64,000 bases of DNA from an uncultured Gammaproteobacteria bacterium. GTDB taxonomy: Bacteria > Patescibacteriota > Microgenomatia > UBA8517. Each line of letters opens with the position of its first letter. Positions within the stretch are counted from its first letter, which is position 1. Under the pieces are notes generated by a model. That model ran no database searches. It was not told the DNA's origin and saw only the letters and a list, made by a program, of their open reading frames with translations. The stretch lies in NCBI GenBank assembly GCA_964427735.1, contig CAYRUS010000002.1:3734-67733 (forward strand), read 5' to 3'. Shown here piece after piece: positions 1-10,351 of this stretch. Position numbers and translations under genes: made by a program.

Positions 1-101
1 ACTTCAAAAGCAGTCTTAGTGTTTTGAACAAGACGCTCTCTTTGCTCTGGAGTAATCGAAAACTCTGTGTTATTGCCGATATTTCGTTCATTTTCTTTCA
101 T
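1..101 (-). CDS. Hypothetical protein, 5' part only (runs off the window)
   Basis: Manual translation from ATG at 101 gives MKENERNIGNNTEFSITPEQRERLVQNTKTAFE..., open to the edge; TAGAAT -10-like box just upstream. Confidence 0.6.
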   Translation of the reverse strand, partial: MKENERNIGNNTEFSITPEQRERLVQNTKTAFE

Positions 102-130
102 GACTGGTATTCTAGCACTTTTGGTACAAT

Positions 131-151
131 ATATCACCTATAGTGTGATAT
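131..151. promoter_or_regulatory. Inverted repeat ATATCAC-N7-GTGATAT in a divergent promoter region, candidate operator
   Basis: Perfect 7-bp arms between two divergent genes. Confidence 0.35.
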
Positions 152-173
152 GTGATAAAATACCAACGATTTT

Positions 174-1811
174 ATGTCACCAGAAAGATTTATACCAGAC
201 AAGAAGTCTAGTGAGCGGACTAGTAAAGTAATACTTACTCTAAATAATGTCTCAGTCTCCAAAGGAGAAAAGAAGATCTTAAGTGGAGTCAACTTAAACA
301 TTACTCAAGGTGAGCATGTTGCACTAGTTGGCCCTAATGGTGTGGGGAAAACCACACTGCTTGAAGTAATTACAGGAGTTGGACAACCTGATGATGGTAG
401 TATCTTAGTCTCACGAGGACTTAAAATCACCTACGTTCCTCAATCCATAGAAAATGTATTCCCAAAAGTCCAAGAGCATACAGTATTAGAGTATTTTTTA
501 CACGCCAGAGGTCTAAATGCAATTCAAAGACGTATGCAAGAACTAGAAACAATTTTTACCAAACAAAGAACTGACCTTGAAGCAGAACTCAAAGAATATG
601 GAGAATTACAAACTACTTTTCAATTCAGAGGCGGTTACTCAATTGAATCTGACGCTAAAGCGATACTTGATGGTGTGGGATTGCCTGAAAACATTGGATT
701 AGGGACTATGCTTTCAAATCTTAGCGGAGGAGAAAAAACAAAACTTTTTCTCGCACAAGCTCTTATCTCTAACGCGGATTTATTGCTTTTAGATGAACCT
801 TCAAACCACTTGGACCCTAATTCTGTAGCTTGGCTTGGGGATTACTTGAGAAGTTATAGTGGAGCCATGTTAGTAATTTCGCATCAACCTGCCTTCCTTA
901 ACGCCTTTACAGAAAAAGTAATCGAGTTATCTCTTGAGGATTGTAGTGCTTTCACTTATACGGGAGGTTATGAAGGTTATGAGACACAAAAAGCACAGAG
1001 GGACATGGAAAGAGAAAGAAGTGCAACCAGAACGGATACTGAAATAGCTAGACTGCAAGAACAAGCTGATCGTTTTAGAGCAGGAGTCCATTCAAAAACC
1101 TCCAAGGATAGACAAAAAAAGATCGCAAAAATTGAAGCAGACAGGACCACCAGAAGGAAGAAAGATAAGGTCATAAGAACTGGATTTGAGGTGGAAACTA
1201 AAAGTGGATACGAGGTTCTAAAGACATCAAATCTTGTAAAAAGCTATGGCGAGGTTACATTAGACTACTCGAATTTTAATATGGAAATTCTAAGAGGAGA
1301 AAAGGTAGCTCTTGTTGGTCCTGTGGGAACAGGAAAAAGTACCTTCCTTAAAATAATAGCAGGAGTGATTAAGCCTGATGCTGGTAGTTTCGCAATTGGA
1401 AATAAAGTTGATGTCGGATATTACTCACAGGAAATGGAAGACTTGAATGTTGACAACACTGTACTTGAAGAATTACGTTCGATAGCTGGATCCGCATCCG
1501 ATCAAAAACTTCGCACCTTTCTGGGTGCATTCCTCTTTTCTGGAGACGATGTTTTCAAGCCCGTTGGCGTTTTAAGTTTTGGAGAGAGAAGCCGTGTCAT
1601 GCTTGCAAAATTGGCCTTAAGAAAACATAACTTCTTAGTGTTAGATGAACCATCAAACCATTTGGATGTAGCTTCCCGAACTTCAGTAGCCCGCATGCTA
1701 AATGAATATCAAGGATCAGTACTACTTGTTTCTCATGACGAAGAATTTATGGATGGTATTGGTCTGAATAAAATAATTAAGTTGCCAGAAGGTACAACTA
1801 CATTAATCTAA
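174..1811 (+). CDS. ABC-F family ATP-binding protein
   Basis: Two NBDs (GPNGVGKT, GPVGTGKS; LSGGE, LSFGE; LLDEPSNHLD twice), long arm, no TM segments. Confidence 0.93.
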   Translation: MSPERFIPDKKSSERTSKVILTLNNVSVSKGEKKILSGVNLNITQGEHVALVGPNGVGKTTLLEVITGVGQPDDGSILVSRGLKITYVPQSIENVFPKVQEHTVLEYFLHARGLNAIQRRMQELETIFTKQRTDLEAELKEYGELQTTFQFRGGYSIESDAKAILDGVGLPENIGLGTMLSNLSGGEKTKLFLAQALISNADLLLLDEPSNHLDPNSVAWLGDYLRSYSGAMLVISHQPAFLNAFTEKVIELSLEDCSAFTYTGGYEGYETQKAQRDMERERSATRTDTEIARLQEQADRFRAGVHSKTSKDRQKKIAKIEADRTTRRKKDKVIRTGFEVETKSGYEVLKTSNLVKSYGEVTLDYSNFNMEILRGEKVALVGPVGTGKSTFLKIIAGVIKPDAGSFAIGNKVDVGYYSQEMEDLNVDNTVLEELRSIAGSASDQKLRTFLGAFLFSGDDVFKPVGVLSFGERSRVMLAKLALRKHNFLVLDEPSNHLDVASRTSVARMLNEYQGSVLLVSHDEEFMDGIGLNKIIKLPEGTTTLI

Positions 1812-2110
1812 AGTGCAACTTTAGGAAAATTAGAGTTTACTATTCTCCCTTTTTCATCCCTCTTCGATTGTTTCACAAAATTGCCGTCATTAGGGAAGGT
1901 ATTCCAATCTCTGGATGAGGAGAAATGCACAACATTAGCAATATTTTTATCCAAAACTTTGCTACCCAGAAATTTAGATTTTGATCCCCTGTCTCCAGTC
2001 ATTGCATACAAACCATGGACGTTTATCAAAACCTTTTTTGTCTTCTTTTTTGATTTGAAAACATCAAGTTTAACAAACGACTTATAATTTCCTTTTAAAT
2101 AAATGTTCAT
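1808..2110 (-). pseudogene. Truncated alpha/beta-hydrolase-like fragment
   Basis: VLINVHG resembles the hydrolase N-terminal strand and oxyanion segment; no GxSxG; only 100 aa. Confidence 0.4.
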
Positions 2111-2167
2111 AATTCAGGCAGTTTCTCCTCAATCACCTCTTCAAATATTTCCTTCTGGCTAGGGAAA

Positions 2168-3649
2168 TTAAATTTGATGTTTTAAATTGATTTCTTGAGT
2201 AATCTGAATTCTGTCCAAAAAATACCTGTCATGGGACACTACTAACAAAGTCCCTTCGTAATTAACGACAGCCTCTTCTAATGCCTCACGGGAAGATATA
2301 TCAAGATGATTAGTCGGTTCATCTAGAATTATAAAATTTGCTCCTGAAGCCATAACTTGAGCTAGCAACAACTTAGCTTTTTCACCACTGCTTAAGCTTT
2401 GTACCTGCTGATTAACCTTATTAACTGGTATCAAGAATCTCACTAGAAGTTTGTAGGCTTCTGTTTTATCAAGACCTGTTTTTTCAACAAGTTCATCAAT
2501 AACTGAATTTTCTGACATTAGCTCCTCATGCTGCTGGCTTAAGTAACCTATCACGACTTTGTTACCAATCTTCACGTATCCCGAATCTGGTGTGATTTCG
2601 CCAAGTATTATTTTTAATAATGTTGTCTTTCCCGAACCGTTATCACCAGTTAGTGAAACTTTGTCTCCCCTAGAAATACTAGCTCTAACTTTTGATAATA
2701 TTTTATTTCCTTTAAAACTTTTTGACACACCATTTAGTAGTAATACAGTTTTTGAGCTTTGCACTTTTGGCTTAAACAAAGCCTTCAATTCCAAATCAAC
2801 TTTAGGTTCTCCAAGCTTTTGTTCCGACTCTAAAAATTTTTCTAATTTTCTTTTTTGAACTACAGCTTTTCTTGCAACTTTTGCCGCTCTTTTTTTGTAG
2901 TGGAAATGCTTCGTGGTATCTTCTATATGTTTTGCACGACTACCTATTTGGTTTATCACCTTTTTCGTTCTATTTATCTTTTTTTGCTGAGATTCAAATT
3001 TTCTTTTGTAGGCTTCATGTTCTAATATTTTCTGCTCCTTATAAAAACTATAATTACCCCCATATTCTTTTAACTTTCCTTCTTCTAATTCGACAATCCT
3101 ATTTACAGTATTGTCCAAAAATCTTCTATCGTGTGAGATTATAAATATGCAACCCCTGTAATAACTTAAATAGTTCTCGAGCCATTCCATGGCTGCTATA
3201 TCAAGATGATTAGTAGGTTCATCAAGTAATAACACCTCTGGCTCTTGTAAGACTAGCCTAGAAAGCATAACTCTGGTTTTTTGTCCACTTGATATCTCTG
3301 TTATTTTTTTATCTTTGAGATCTTGAACACCTAGCTTACCCAAAGCTAAATCTAGTTTATATTGCTCCCAATTTTCAAGAGACTCCGACAGTACATCTTT
3401 GACAGTTGCCTCATTGTCAAACTTTGGTACTTGAGGGACATAATATACCGTGGTTACCTTAGGAAGGAGTGAAATTGTGCCATCGTCTGGTTCCTCGATT
3501 CCTGCAATTAGTTTAAATATTGTTGATTTCCCGGAACCATTTTTCCCGACTAGGGCAACTCGATCACCATCATTAAGAGTCAATGTAACGTCTTTCAAGA
3601 TACCTTGACCGTTAAATGATTTTGAAATATGCGATAGCTGTATAAACAT
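2168..3649 (-). CDS. ABC-F ATPase, ribosomal-protection (ARE)-like
   Basis: Two NBDs (GKNGSGKS, GDNGSGKT; DEPTNHLD twice), short arm, long basic interdomain linker. Confidence 0.9.
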   Translation of the reverse strand: MFIQLSHISKSFNGQGILKDVTLTLNDGDRVALVGKNGSGKSTIFKLIAGIEEPDDGTISLLPKVTTVYYVPQVPKFDNEATVKDVLSESLENWEQYKLDLALGKLGVQDLKDKKITEISSGQKTRVMLSRLVLQEPEVLLLDEPTNHLDIAAMEWLENYLSYYRGCIFIISHDRRFLDNTVNRIVELEEGKLKEYGGNYSFYKEQKILEHEAYKRKFESQQKKINRTKKVINQIGSRAKHIEDTTKHFHYKKRAAKVARKAVVQKRKLEKFLESEQKLGEPKVDLELKALFKPKVQSSKTVLLLNGVSKSFKGNKILSKVRASISRGDKVSLTGDNGSGKTTLLKIILGEITPDSGYVKIGNKVVIGYLSQQHEELMSENSVIDELVEKTGLDKTEAYKLLVRFLIPVNKVNQQVQSLSSGEKAKLLLAQVMASGANFIILDEPTNHLDISSREALEEAVVNYEGTLLVVSHDRYFLDRIQITQEINLKHQI

Positions 3650-3823
3650 ACATTACTAAGATCGGCATTATTGAAAAATAACAAAAATCACCTTAAATAT
3701 AACCCACTATCCATTCCTCTTTGGCCCATTTTTCCCACCATGTTCTGGATGGAGTTTGTCTTCCTCTATGATAAATCTAAATCTGATTTTTATTTTCCAT
3801 ATCAGTAGTATAGAACTTTTATT

Positions 3824-4579
3824 TTATCTTGTAAGATTTGCCAAATCTTTTTTACAGTTTTCGCAATTACAATTAATGTCAGAGATTACCTTTCTCCCAC
3901 CGATAGTTTTTGCAACATGATCTAATATCCCGCTCCAAAGAGCGTACTTGTTATCCAAATCCGAGGTCGATACAAATTTCTCAAGTAGTTCTGCCATTTC
4001 AGGATCCCATATTCTTAAATCAGCCAGGATTCGCTTATTGCTCAACCACCATCTACCGTTAATATGGTAATGATATTTTAACACCTCATTAATATTTATT
4101 GATAATGCCAGGAGTGCTGTTGCCTTGTCGTTTTCAAGATTTCTTTTTGCTTTATTGTCAGAATGATACAGCATAAAATGGATATGTTGATGATCATTAG
4201 CTTTTGCTTTTGGACGAGTAGTCGAATAAGTTTTTTTTAACTGTTTAAGCTCTCCGGTTTTGTCGAAGACAATTATAGATTCAGCAAGCATAGGCATTCT
4301 TTCACCTTTTTTTACTACCTCATCATTAATCTCTTTTATTTTAGCCAAACTTCCAAATGTAATATCCAACTTTATGCCATTAATTATGGGGTGATTAATC
4401 TCACTACAATTATTGTCCTCACTAATGACTACCATCACATCAAAATCGCTATTAATATTTTGTTCCCCGCGGGCTACTGAACCAAAGATATATGCGGCAA
4501 TATATCTATCGTATTTCTGTATATCTTCAATTTTTTTGTAAACACTCAAAAAAGGTTCTTTTAAAATAATTTTTCGCAT
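3824..4579 (-). CDS. Pol-beta superfamily nucleotidyltransferase with helical C-terminal domain
   Basis: FGSVARG...SDFDVMV motif. Confidence 0.8.
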   Translation of the reverse strand: MRKIILKEPFLSVYKKIEDIQKYDRYIAAYIFGSVARGEQNINSDFDVMVVISEDNNCSEINHPIINGIKLDITFGSLAKIKEINDEVVKKGERMPMLAESIIVFDKTGELKQLKKTYSTTRPKAKANDHQHIHFMLYHSDNKAKRNLENDKATALLALSININEVLKYHYHINGRWWLSNKRILADLRIWDPEMAELLEKFVSTSDLDNKYALWSGILDHVAKTIGGRKVISDINCNCENCKKDLANLTR

Positions 4580-4828
4580 TAATTTACAATTATAATCAAA
4601 CTATGTTAACTCAAGACGAAATAAATTACTAAATAAAATTAACCAAGATAAAAAAGTAACAATATCTAGTTTTGACTATAATCTATTTATTTCTAAGTTT
4701 CTTTATTTAATTTCTTCATAACACACTAAAGCTACCTTTAGTATTCTAGGTTATGTGGGCTGTTATAATTTGCCAAAATACCTTGAATTGAAATATGATT
4801 ATTTATCCCATATAATAACTCAACTTTC

Positions 4829-5260
4829 ATGGCATTAACCCCCGAAAACAAATCTAACCCCGAAAAAACCGTAATTGGAATAATAACAGCTCAATATAGA
4901 ACTGAAGACGGGCAAGAATTTGAAAGTGAAATAATCACACCTGGAAAATATTTAGTAACGGTTTCATACGACTTACCTGATCCAAATATCAGCAAAGACG
5001 ATAGTCAAATAAACTTCAGAGTTCTTCATTATTCTGTATTAAGTACAAACTATAAACTTGAACCAGTATCTTCTCCATACTGTACAGAAGAACTGACAAA
5101 TGAACAAAGCAGTGCAGAATTTGTCATGGATGTAAAAACTCATATAGTTTATGGAGATATTACTCTACCAGTAAATTTATGCAGCTCGAATATACTGATT
5201 TATAGTGGCAATGGTTTAATAAAACTTTTCAATACTTCTTTTAAAGTTGTACCAGAATAA
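4829..5260 (+). CDS. Hypothetical protein
   Basis: 143-aa ORF, TATAAT upstream. Confidence 0.65.
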   Translation: MALTPENKSNPEKTVIGIITAQYRTEDGQEFESEIITPGKYLVTVSYDLPDPNISKDDSQINFRVLHYSVLSTNYKLEPVSSPYCTEELTNEQSSAEFVMDVKTHIVYGDITLPVNLCSSNILIYSGNGLIKLFNTSFKVVPE

Positions 5261-5356
5261 ACATAATACTTTCCTCTCTTTAATCTCATTCTTACAATAC
5301 TTCTTTAGTATAAAAACTCGTAGGCATTAACAAGTGCAGAAAGGATGTGAGAATAT

Positions 5357-6238
5357 ATGAAGCTAAAGAAAATAACATCAGGATTGGCAGTTGCAGTTTG
5401 TATCACTGCATTATCAGCACCGGTTGCAAAAGCTGATCATCTTAGTAACAGCAATTCAACAATCACAACCGGAGACGCCGAAGTAAACATTTCCATAAAT
5501 AACAACGTAAATAGAAATTTTGCCATTATTGAAGGACGTAGTAACGACATACAAGCAATAATCTCTGGAAATGGATCCAGAAGCCACAACTCAATTGATA
5601 TAGATTTTGAATCAGAGAATAGCATCAATCAAAGTAATGATGCTGACATTGATAATGATATAGACATATCTATTAACACAGGAAATAACTCAATTGGCAG
5701 TGACAGAAACAGAGCATACACTTATTACAATAGTAAACATCTTGATGATGATCATAAAAAAGATACCGACAACAAAAAGGATAATAAAGATAGTAAAAAA
5801 GAAATAGATGACAAAAAAATGATTAAAGATGAAAAAAAAGCTAATAAAAGAGAGTTCGAATACAAAAAACTCTATTCAAACAAACATGATTCATCCCAAA
5901 AATCTCATCACGAGAACAACAAGCACGAAGACTTTGACAAATTTGATAAAGATGAAAAAGATAAAAAGTTTGATAAAAAAGATGATCACAGGAAGAAATA
6001 TGACAAAAAGGATGATCACAAGAGACAATATATCATCTCTAGAAAACCTATGAAGAAAAAGCAGGTTATTATTAAACCGGTTGTTATAAAAAGACCAGTG
6101 GTTAAATCTAAAAAGCACAATCGCTTTACGAAGGACAAATATTTTACAAAGTCAGATTACAAAACGAAGTTTAGAAAAAACTATGTAAAAAACAAGCATG
6201 ATTACTTCAACCATAAAATGACTTACAAAAGATACTAA
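5357..6238 (+). CDS. Secreted protein: Asn/Asp-rich repeat N-half, Lys/Asp/His-rich low-complexity tail
   Basis: Signal peptide ending AKA; AAAGGA SD-like site; repeats such as DKKDDH. Confidence 0.8.
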   Translation: MKLKKITSGLAVAVCITALSAPVAKADHLSNSNSTITTGDAEVNISINNNVNRNFAIIEGRSNDIQAIISGNGSRSHNSIDIDFESENSINQSNDADIDNDIDISINTGNNSIGSDRNRAYTYYNSKHLDDDHKKDTDNKKDNKDSKKEIDDKKMIKDEKKANKREFEYKKLYSNKHDSSQKSHHENNKHEDFDKFDKDEKDKKFDKKDDHRKKYDKKDDHKRQYIISRKPMKKKQVIIKPVVIKRPVVKSKKHNRFTKDKYFTKSDYKTKFRKNYVKNKHDYFNHKMTYKRY

Positions 6239-6386
6239 TGCCCTAATATATTCTTATAGGAATTAACGATTTACGGCAGCTTTTAGCCGAATTCGCACTA
6301 GTCTAAGTTGAGAATCTTAAGAGATTTTCAAACTATATTTGCAATATTGATTTTTATAATATATCCTTCAATTTGTTATCGCAAAC

Positions 6387-9293
6387 ATGTTTAATTATAA
6401 AATTCTCAGTGGTTTTATATTAGGATTTCTTTTTATTTTAAATGGTCTTCTAGGCTATTCAGAAGTTAATGCTTCAAATCAATATTTTCACTCTCTTTAT
6501 GGTCAACCAGTTCCACAAGGTGTTTTAGACGGCAACAAAAAAACTTTCCTTGCAAATGGTTACTCTACTACCAACTCTCCTAGTTTTAGTAGTGCCTGGC
6601 CTGTAGTGCTTCAAAACATGCTTGATGAACATACTGGAGTTACTAACCCTCAAGATAGAATTTATCATGTTTTTTCTCACGCTGTCGGATCAACGCCGAT
6701 CGCTAGATGGAGTAAGCAAGTTGATGATCTTGGATGTGACGATGATGGCAACCTTATTCAAGATTCAATCACATGGTATGTTAACCCTGGTACCAAATTA
6801 GTAAACGGAGCTCCTCCAGCTTCGATTTTATTAGCACAACAATCACTACAATGGGCATTTGATTGTAATGATAGAGGTGTAGGCATAGCTGATGAGAATG
6901 ACATCACAAACATTGAACATGGTGCGAAAGAAATCGAACATTTTGTTGATCAATTTGTAGCCGGAGGTTTTGAAACAGTATATATGGCATCACATATCTA
7001 CCAAAGAAGTAGAGTTGCAGTTCCTGTTTACACTGAAAAGTATGGTCTAAAGAGAGCATTAGAATTTGTTGAAGAACTAAAGCCTGGTCCTTATCTTTGG
7101 TGGGGAACCAGCAAACAATGGCCCACTGGTTTTCAGTCAGACGGAAGGCATCCGGATCTACCTGTTGCCAATGCAATGGCTATTTACTGGTACATCGTGC
7201 TTGCAGGTGATGATGCCAAACCAGATATAATAGAAAAATATGCTACTCAATATTCCCCTAATACTCACATACCAAGTGTCAATGATAATTTTATACCAGA
7301 AACAATTTCCAATTTTACAGTAGCATCAGAAAATAATTACATTGAATACAAAGACAATGATCCATTTAGCTATGGTCTTGTACTCCCCTTCAAACCTTAT
7401 ACAGATTTTTCAGGTGTTGAATTTAATACCATGCCTGAATATTTATTAAATGAAACAGTTTATGCGACATCGAATAATGACAAAATGTCAGATGGTCAGG
7501 TTTCAGATTTTATATCATTTGACATAGATCAACCTTCAACAATTTACGTTATGCACAATGACAGTATCACAACAAAGCCTGCTTGGTTATTAGACTTCAC
7601 AGACACAGGAGACGATATATTAGATATCTATAATTCAAATAATATTTATAGTGTTTACTATAAAGAATTTTCTGCAGGAGAAATTAATTTAGGAGGCAAC
7701 GATGGTGATGGAAGCTCTGATCAAAATATGTACTTTTTTGTAATTAAAAATACTGAAACTATTGATGCTATCCCTGTAACTGAAAACGATAATTATTCAA
7801 TAGATGAAGATAATATCTTAATCATTGATAATTTAACTGGAGTTCTTGCAAACGACACAGTGAATGAGGGCACACTTTCAGCAGAAATTGACACTCTTCC
7901 CTCAAATGGACAAATTACTTTAAATGCAGATGGTTCATTTACTTACACTCCAAATAACAACTTTTTTGGCATAGATACCTTTACTTACAAAGCTGTTGGT
8001 GAAAAGAGCTCAAGCTTCGGTGAAGTAACTATTCTTGTAAATCCTGTTGATGATCCTCCTGTAGCAGTTGGTGATCAGGCTTTTACACAATTTGAAACCT
8101 CAATCGCTATAGATGTGCTTTCAAATGATATTGAATATGATAACGAAACTTTAAATGTAGTTGATGTTACACAACCATTAAATGGCAGCACTATCATTAA
8201 TACTGACAACACTATCACCTACACACCAAATACTGAATTTAATGGAACTGATCAGTTTAGCTATACAATTAGCGACGGAATATCTAATGCTGATGCAATT
8301 GTTACCGTCAAGATAAACAATCCACCAGTTGCAGATGACCAAAATGTTTCACTTGATGAAGATACACAAATAGATATCACACTAACCGCATCGGACATCG
8401 ATAATGACGAAATTACATTTTCAATAAACACAGAACCAACAAACGGAACAATAAACGGCACACTACCAAATATAACCTATACTCCTAATCCAGATTACAA
8501 TGGAACAGATAGCATAGTATTTAGCGTAGATGATGGGAATTTTGCCACTGACACAGGTACAATTTCTATTACTGTAAACCCTATTAACGATGCTCCTATT
8601 GCTAATGATAGTACTGTCCAAACCAATCAAGACACGGAGTTAGTAATTGCTTTGCAAGCTAGTGACATTGATTCCGAAAGCTTAGACTACATTATCTTAG
8701 ATCAGCCAACTAACGGAACATTACAAAACGGTACCACAATTAATGAATACATATATTCCCCAACTTCTGGGTTTTTTGGTATAGATACATTTACTTTCAA
8801 GGTAAATGACGGACTTGAGGATAGTAATATTGCGACTGTCATTATAACAATAAATAGTGCCGATTTCGTAGAGATCGTAAGTGTTTCATCAGGAAGATCG
8901 TATGAGATTGTAACGGCTTCCTTAAACGAGTTACCTTTTATGGACGCATCCTATTACATAGATAATATTAGTGCTGGTTTGGATAACCAAAAAATGATTA
9001 AAACATCTTGGAATGACCAGAAGATCACTAATGACAATCATATAACCTTAAACTTTACTCAAGATGTTATTGTTTATATGGTATTTGATAAACGGCTACA
9101 GAACACTCCAACCTGGATGGATACAAGCTGGTCTTTTAGTACAGAATCAGTTGCTACATCTTACCTTACCGACTCCCCACGGATTGTTTATGAAAAACAG
9201 TTTTCTGCAGGAGAACATATATTCGGAGGAAACCAAAGTGATTATACTAAAGCACGCAGCAATTACTTCATGATTGTTGTGCCTGTATTGTAA
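6387..9293 (+). CDS. Large surface protein: SGNH-like domain, duplicated beta module and four Ig/cadherin-like (Big_9 type) repeats
   Basis: Signal peptide; GYSTT and DGRHP motifs; repeats of P-V-A-x-D...YTP...GxDxFxY; two copies of KxFSAGE..GGN. Confidence 0.8.
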   Translation: MFNYKILSGFILGFLFILNGLLGYSEVNASNQYFHSLYGQPVPQGVLDGNKKTFLANGYSTTNSPSFSSAWPVVLQNMLDEHTGVTNPQDRIYHVFSHAVGSTPIARWSKQVDDLGCDDDGNLIQDSITWYVNPGTKLVNGAPPASILLAQQSLQWAFDCNDRGVGIADENDITNIEHGAKEIEHFVDQFVAGGFETVYMASHIYQRSRVAVPVYTEKYGLKRALEFVEELKPGPYLWWGTSKQWPTGFQSDGRHPDLPVANAMAIYWYIVLAGDDAKPDIIEKYATQYSPNTHIPSVNDNFIPETISNFTVASENNYIEYKDNDPFSYGLVLPFKPYTDFSGVEFNTMPEYLLNETVYATSNNDKMSDGQVSDFISFDIDQPSTIYVMHNDSITTKPAWLLDFTDTGDDILDIYNSNNIYSVYYKEFSAGEINLGGNDGDGSSDQNMYFFVIKNTETIDAIPVTENDNYSIDEDNILIIDNLTGVLANDTVNEGTLSAEIDTLPSNGQITLNADGSFTYTPNNNFFGIDTFTYKAVGEKSSSFGEVTILVNPVDDPPVAVGDQAFTQFETSIAIDVLSNDIEYDNETLNVVDVTQPLNGSTIINTDNTITYTPNTEFNGTDQFSYTISDGISNADAIVTVKINNPPVADDQNVSLDEDTQIDITLTASDIDNDEITFSINTEPTNGTINGTLPNITYTPNPDYNGTDSIVFSVDDGNFATDTGTISITVNPINDAPIANDSTVQTNQDTELVIALQASDIDSESLDYIILDQPTNGTLQNGTTINEYIYSPTSGFFGIDTFTFKVNDGLEDSNIATVIITINSADFVEIVSVSSGRSYEIVTASLNELPFMDASYYIDNISAGLDNQKMIKTSWNDQKITNDNHITLNFTQDVIVYMVFDKRLQNTPTWMDTSWSFSTESVATSYLTDSPRIVYEKQFSAGEHIFGGNQSDYTKARSNYFMIVVPVL

Positions 9294-9346
9294 TAGACTT
9301 AAACAGCTATTGGCAAATCAAACCTCACTATCATAAAATATACTAT

Positions 9347-9691
9347 ATGGGATACGAAGATATGGACAAAGGAGAAAAATTAACTGGTGGATCACCTAAA
9401 TCTTCTCCATCCATGACCCTCCAACAAGCAGTTGACTTAGGAGAATACAATCCTGAGTTTTTATCAACATTTCCCGAATGGCATACTCTAAGCCGACATG
9501 TTCAATTTCAATACATCAGAAAAGCTCTAGATAATAGGCACAAACATTTAATAGTTCAGTATGCAGAAATTAATAATATGCTTGACTTCAGACTCAAACC
9601 ACATTTAAATGAAGCATTAAAAAACTTAGAAAAACAAATAAAAATACTGGAAAATGACAGGGAAAGATTATATGCCGAGTATTCTGCGTAA
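9347..9691 (+). CDS. Hypothetical protein
   Basis: 114-aa ORF, TAAAAT 7 nt upstream of ATG. Confidence 0.75.
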   Translation: MGYEDMDKGEKLTGGSPKSSPSMTLQQAVDLGEYNPEFLSTFPEWHTLSRHVQFQYIRKALDNRHKHLIVQYAEINNMLDFRLKPHLNEALKNLEKQIKILENDRERLYAEYSA

Positions 9692-9794
9692 ATATTAGCA
9701 AGTTTCGCTAGTTACTAGCTCCGATAAAACTAAAAATATAAACTATCCACTTTTCTTACCCAATTTTTACATTAATAGTGTAGACTAAACTTTT

Positions 9795-10289
9795 ATGAGA
9801 CCCACTGCCTACATACTACCAATTTTTTTGCTCTTGGTTTTTACTTCAATTGCACAAGCAAGGGTATCAAACAGTATTGATATTAATAGTGATGGAAGTA
9901 ATTCCGACATTAACGTTGATATAAATAATAATGTAAATACAGAGAGTGATAGTTCCTCTACTAAAAAATCCTCTACCAAAATAAGAATTCAACAATCGGG
10001 TGACGGGGAATCAAAAGTTAATATAAACGGAGACGATTATGAATTAGAAGGACCTGGTGAGTTAAATATAACCGACGATGAGATGTCGACATCTACCCCA
10101 ACTCCAACTTCATCCGCTAGCCCTAGTCCTACACCATCACCAATAGAATCTCCTCTGCCTACACCAACTATAACTCCTACCAACACACCATTAAGTGAAC
10201 TTAATCCTCCATTAATCATGAGTCATATTTTTGTAAAGCAAATAGAGGTAATCTTTGATACTTTCAGCAGATTATTTTCAAATCTTTAA
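9795..10289 (+). CDS. Secreted protein with Pro/Thr linker
   Basis: Signal peptide (AQA), Asn-rich beta segment, TPTPSP linker. Confidence 0.75.
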   Translation: MRPTAYILPIFLLLVFTSIAQARVSNSIDINSDGSNSDINVDINNNVNTESDSSSTKKSSTKIRIQQSGDGESKVNINGDDYELEGPGELNITDDEMSTSTPTPTSSASPSPTPSPIESPLPTPTITPTNTPLSELNPPLIMSHIFVKQIEVIFDTFSRLFSNL

Positions 10290-10337
10290 CTATTTAGCTT
10301 ATTTAAAGCTCGAGGTGAGACTCTAATGGCTCTTTTT
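10290..10337. repeat. 48-bp direct repeat, copy 1
   Basis: CTATTTAGCTTATTTAAAGCTCGAGGTGAGACTCTAATGGCTCTTTTT; 47/48 identical to 10626-10673. Confidence 0.9.
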
Positions 10338-10351
10338 CCATTTCAGTTAAG

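Noticed and set aside
5930-6030. Repeated AAAGATGATCAC-like units as a CRISPR or DNA repeat array
   Set aside because: They are codon-level repeats of DKKDDH inside a CDS, with no spacers and no cas genes
6308-6331. Imperfect palindrome TTGAGAATCT-TAAG-AGATTTTCAA
   Set aside because: AT-rich, single copy; cannot be told apart from a terminator remnant or chance
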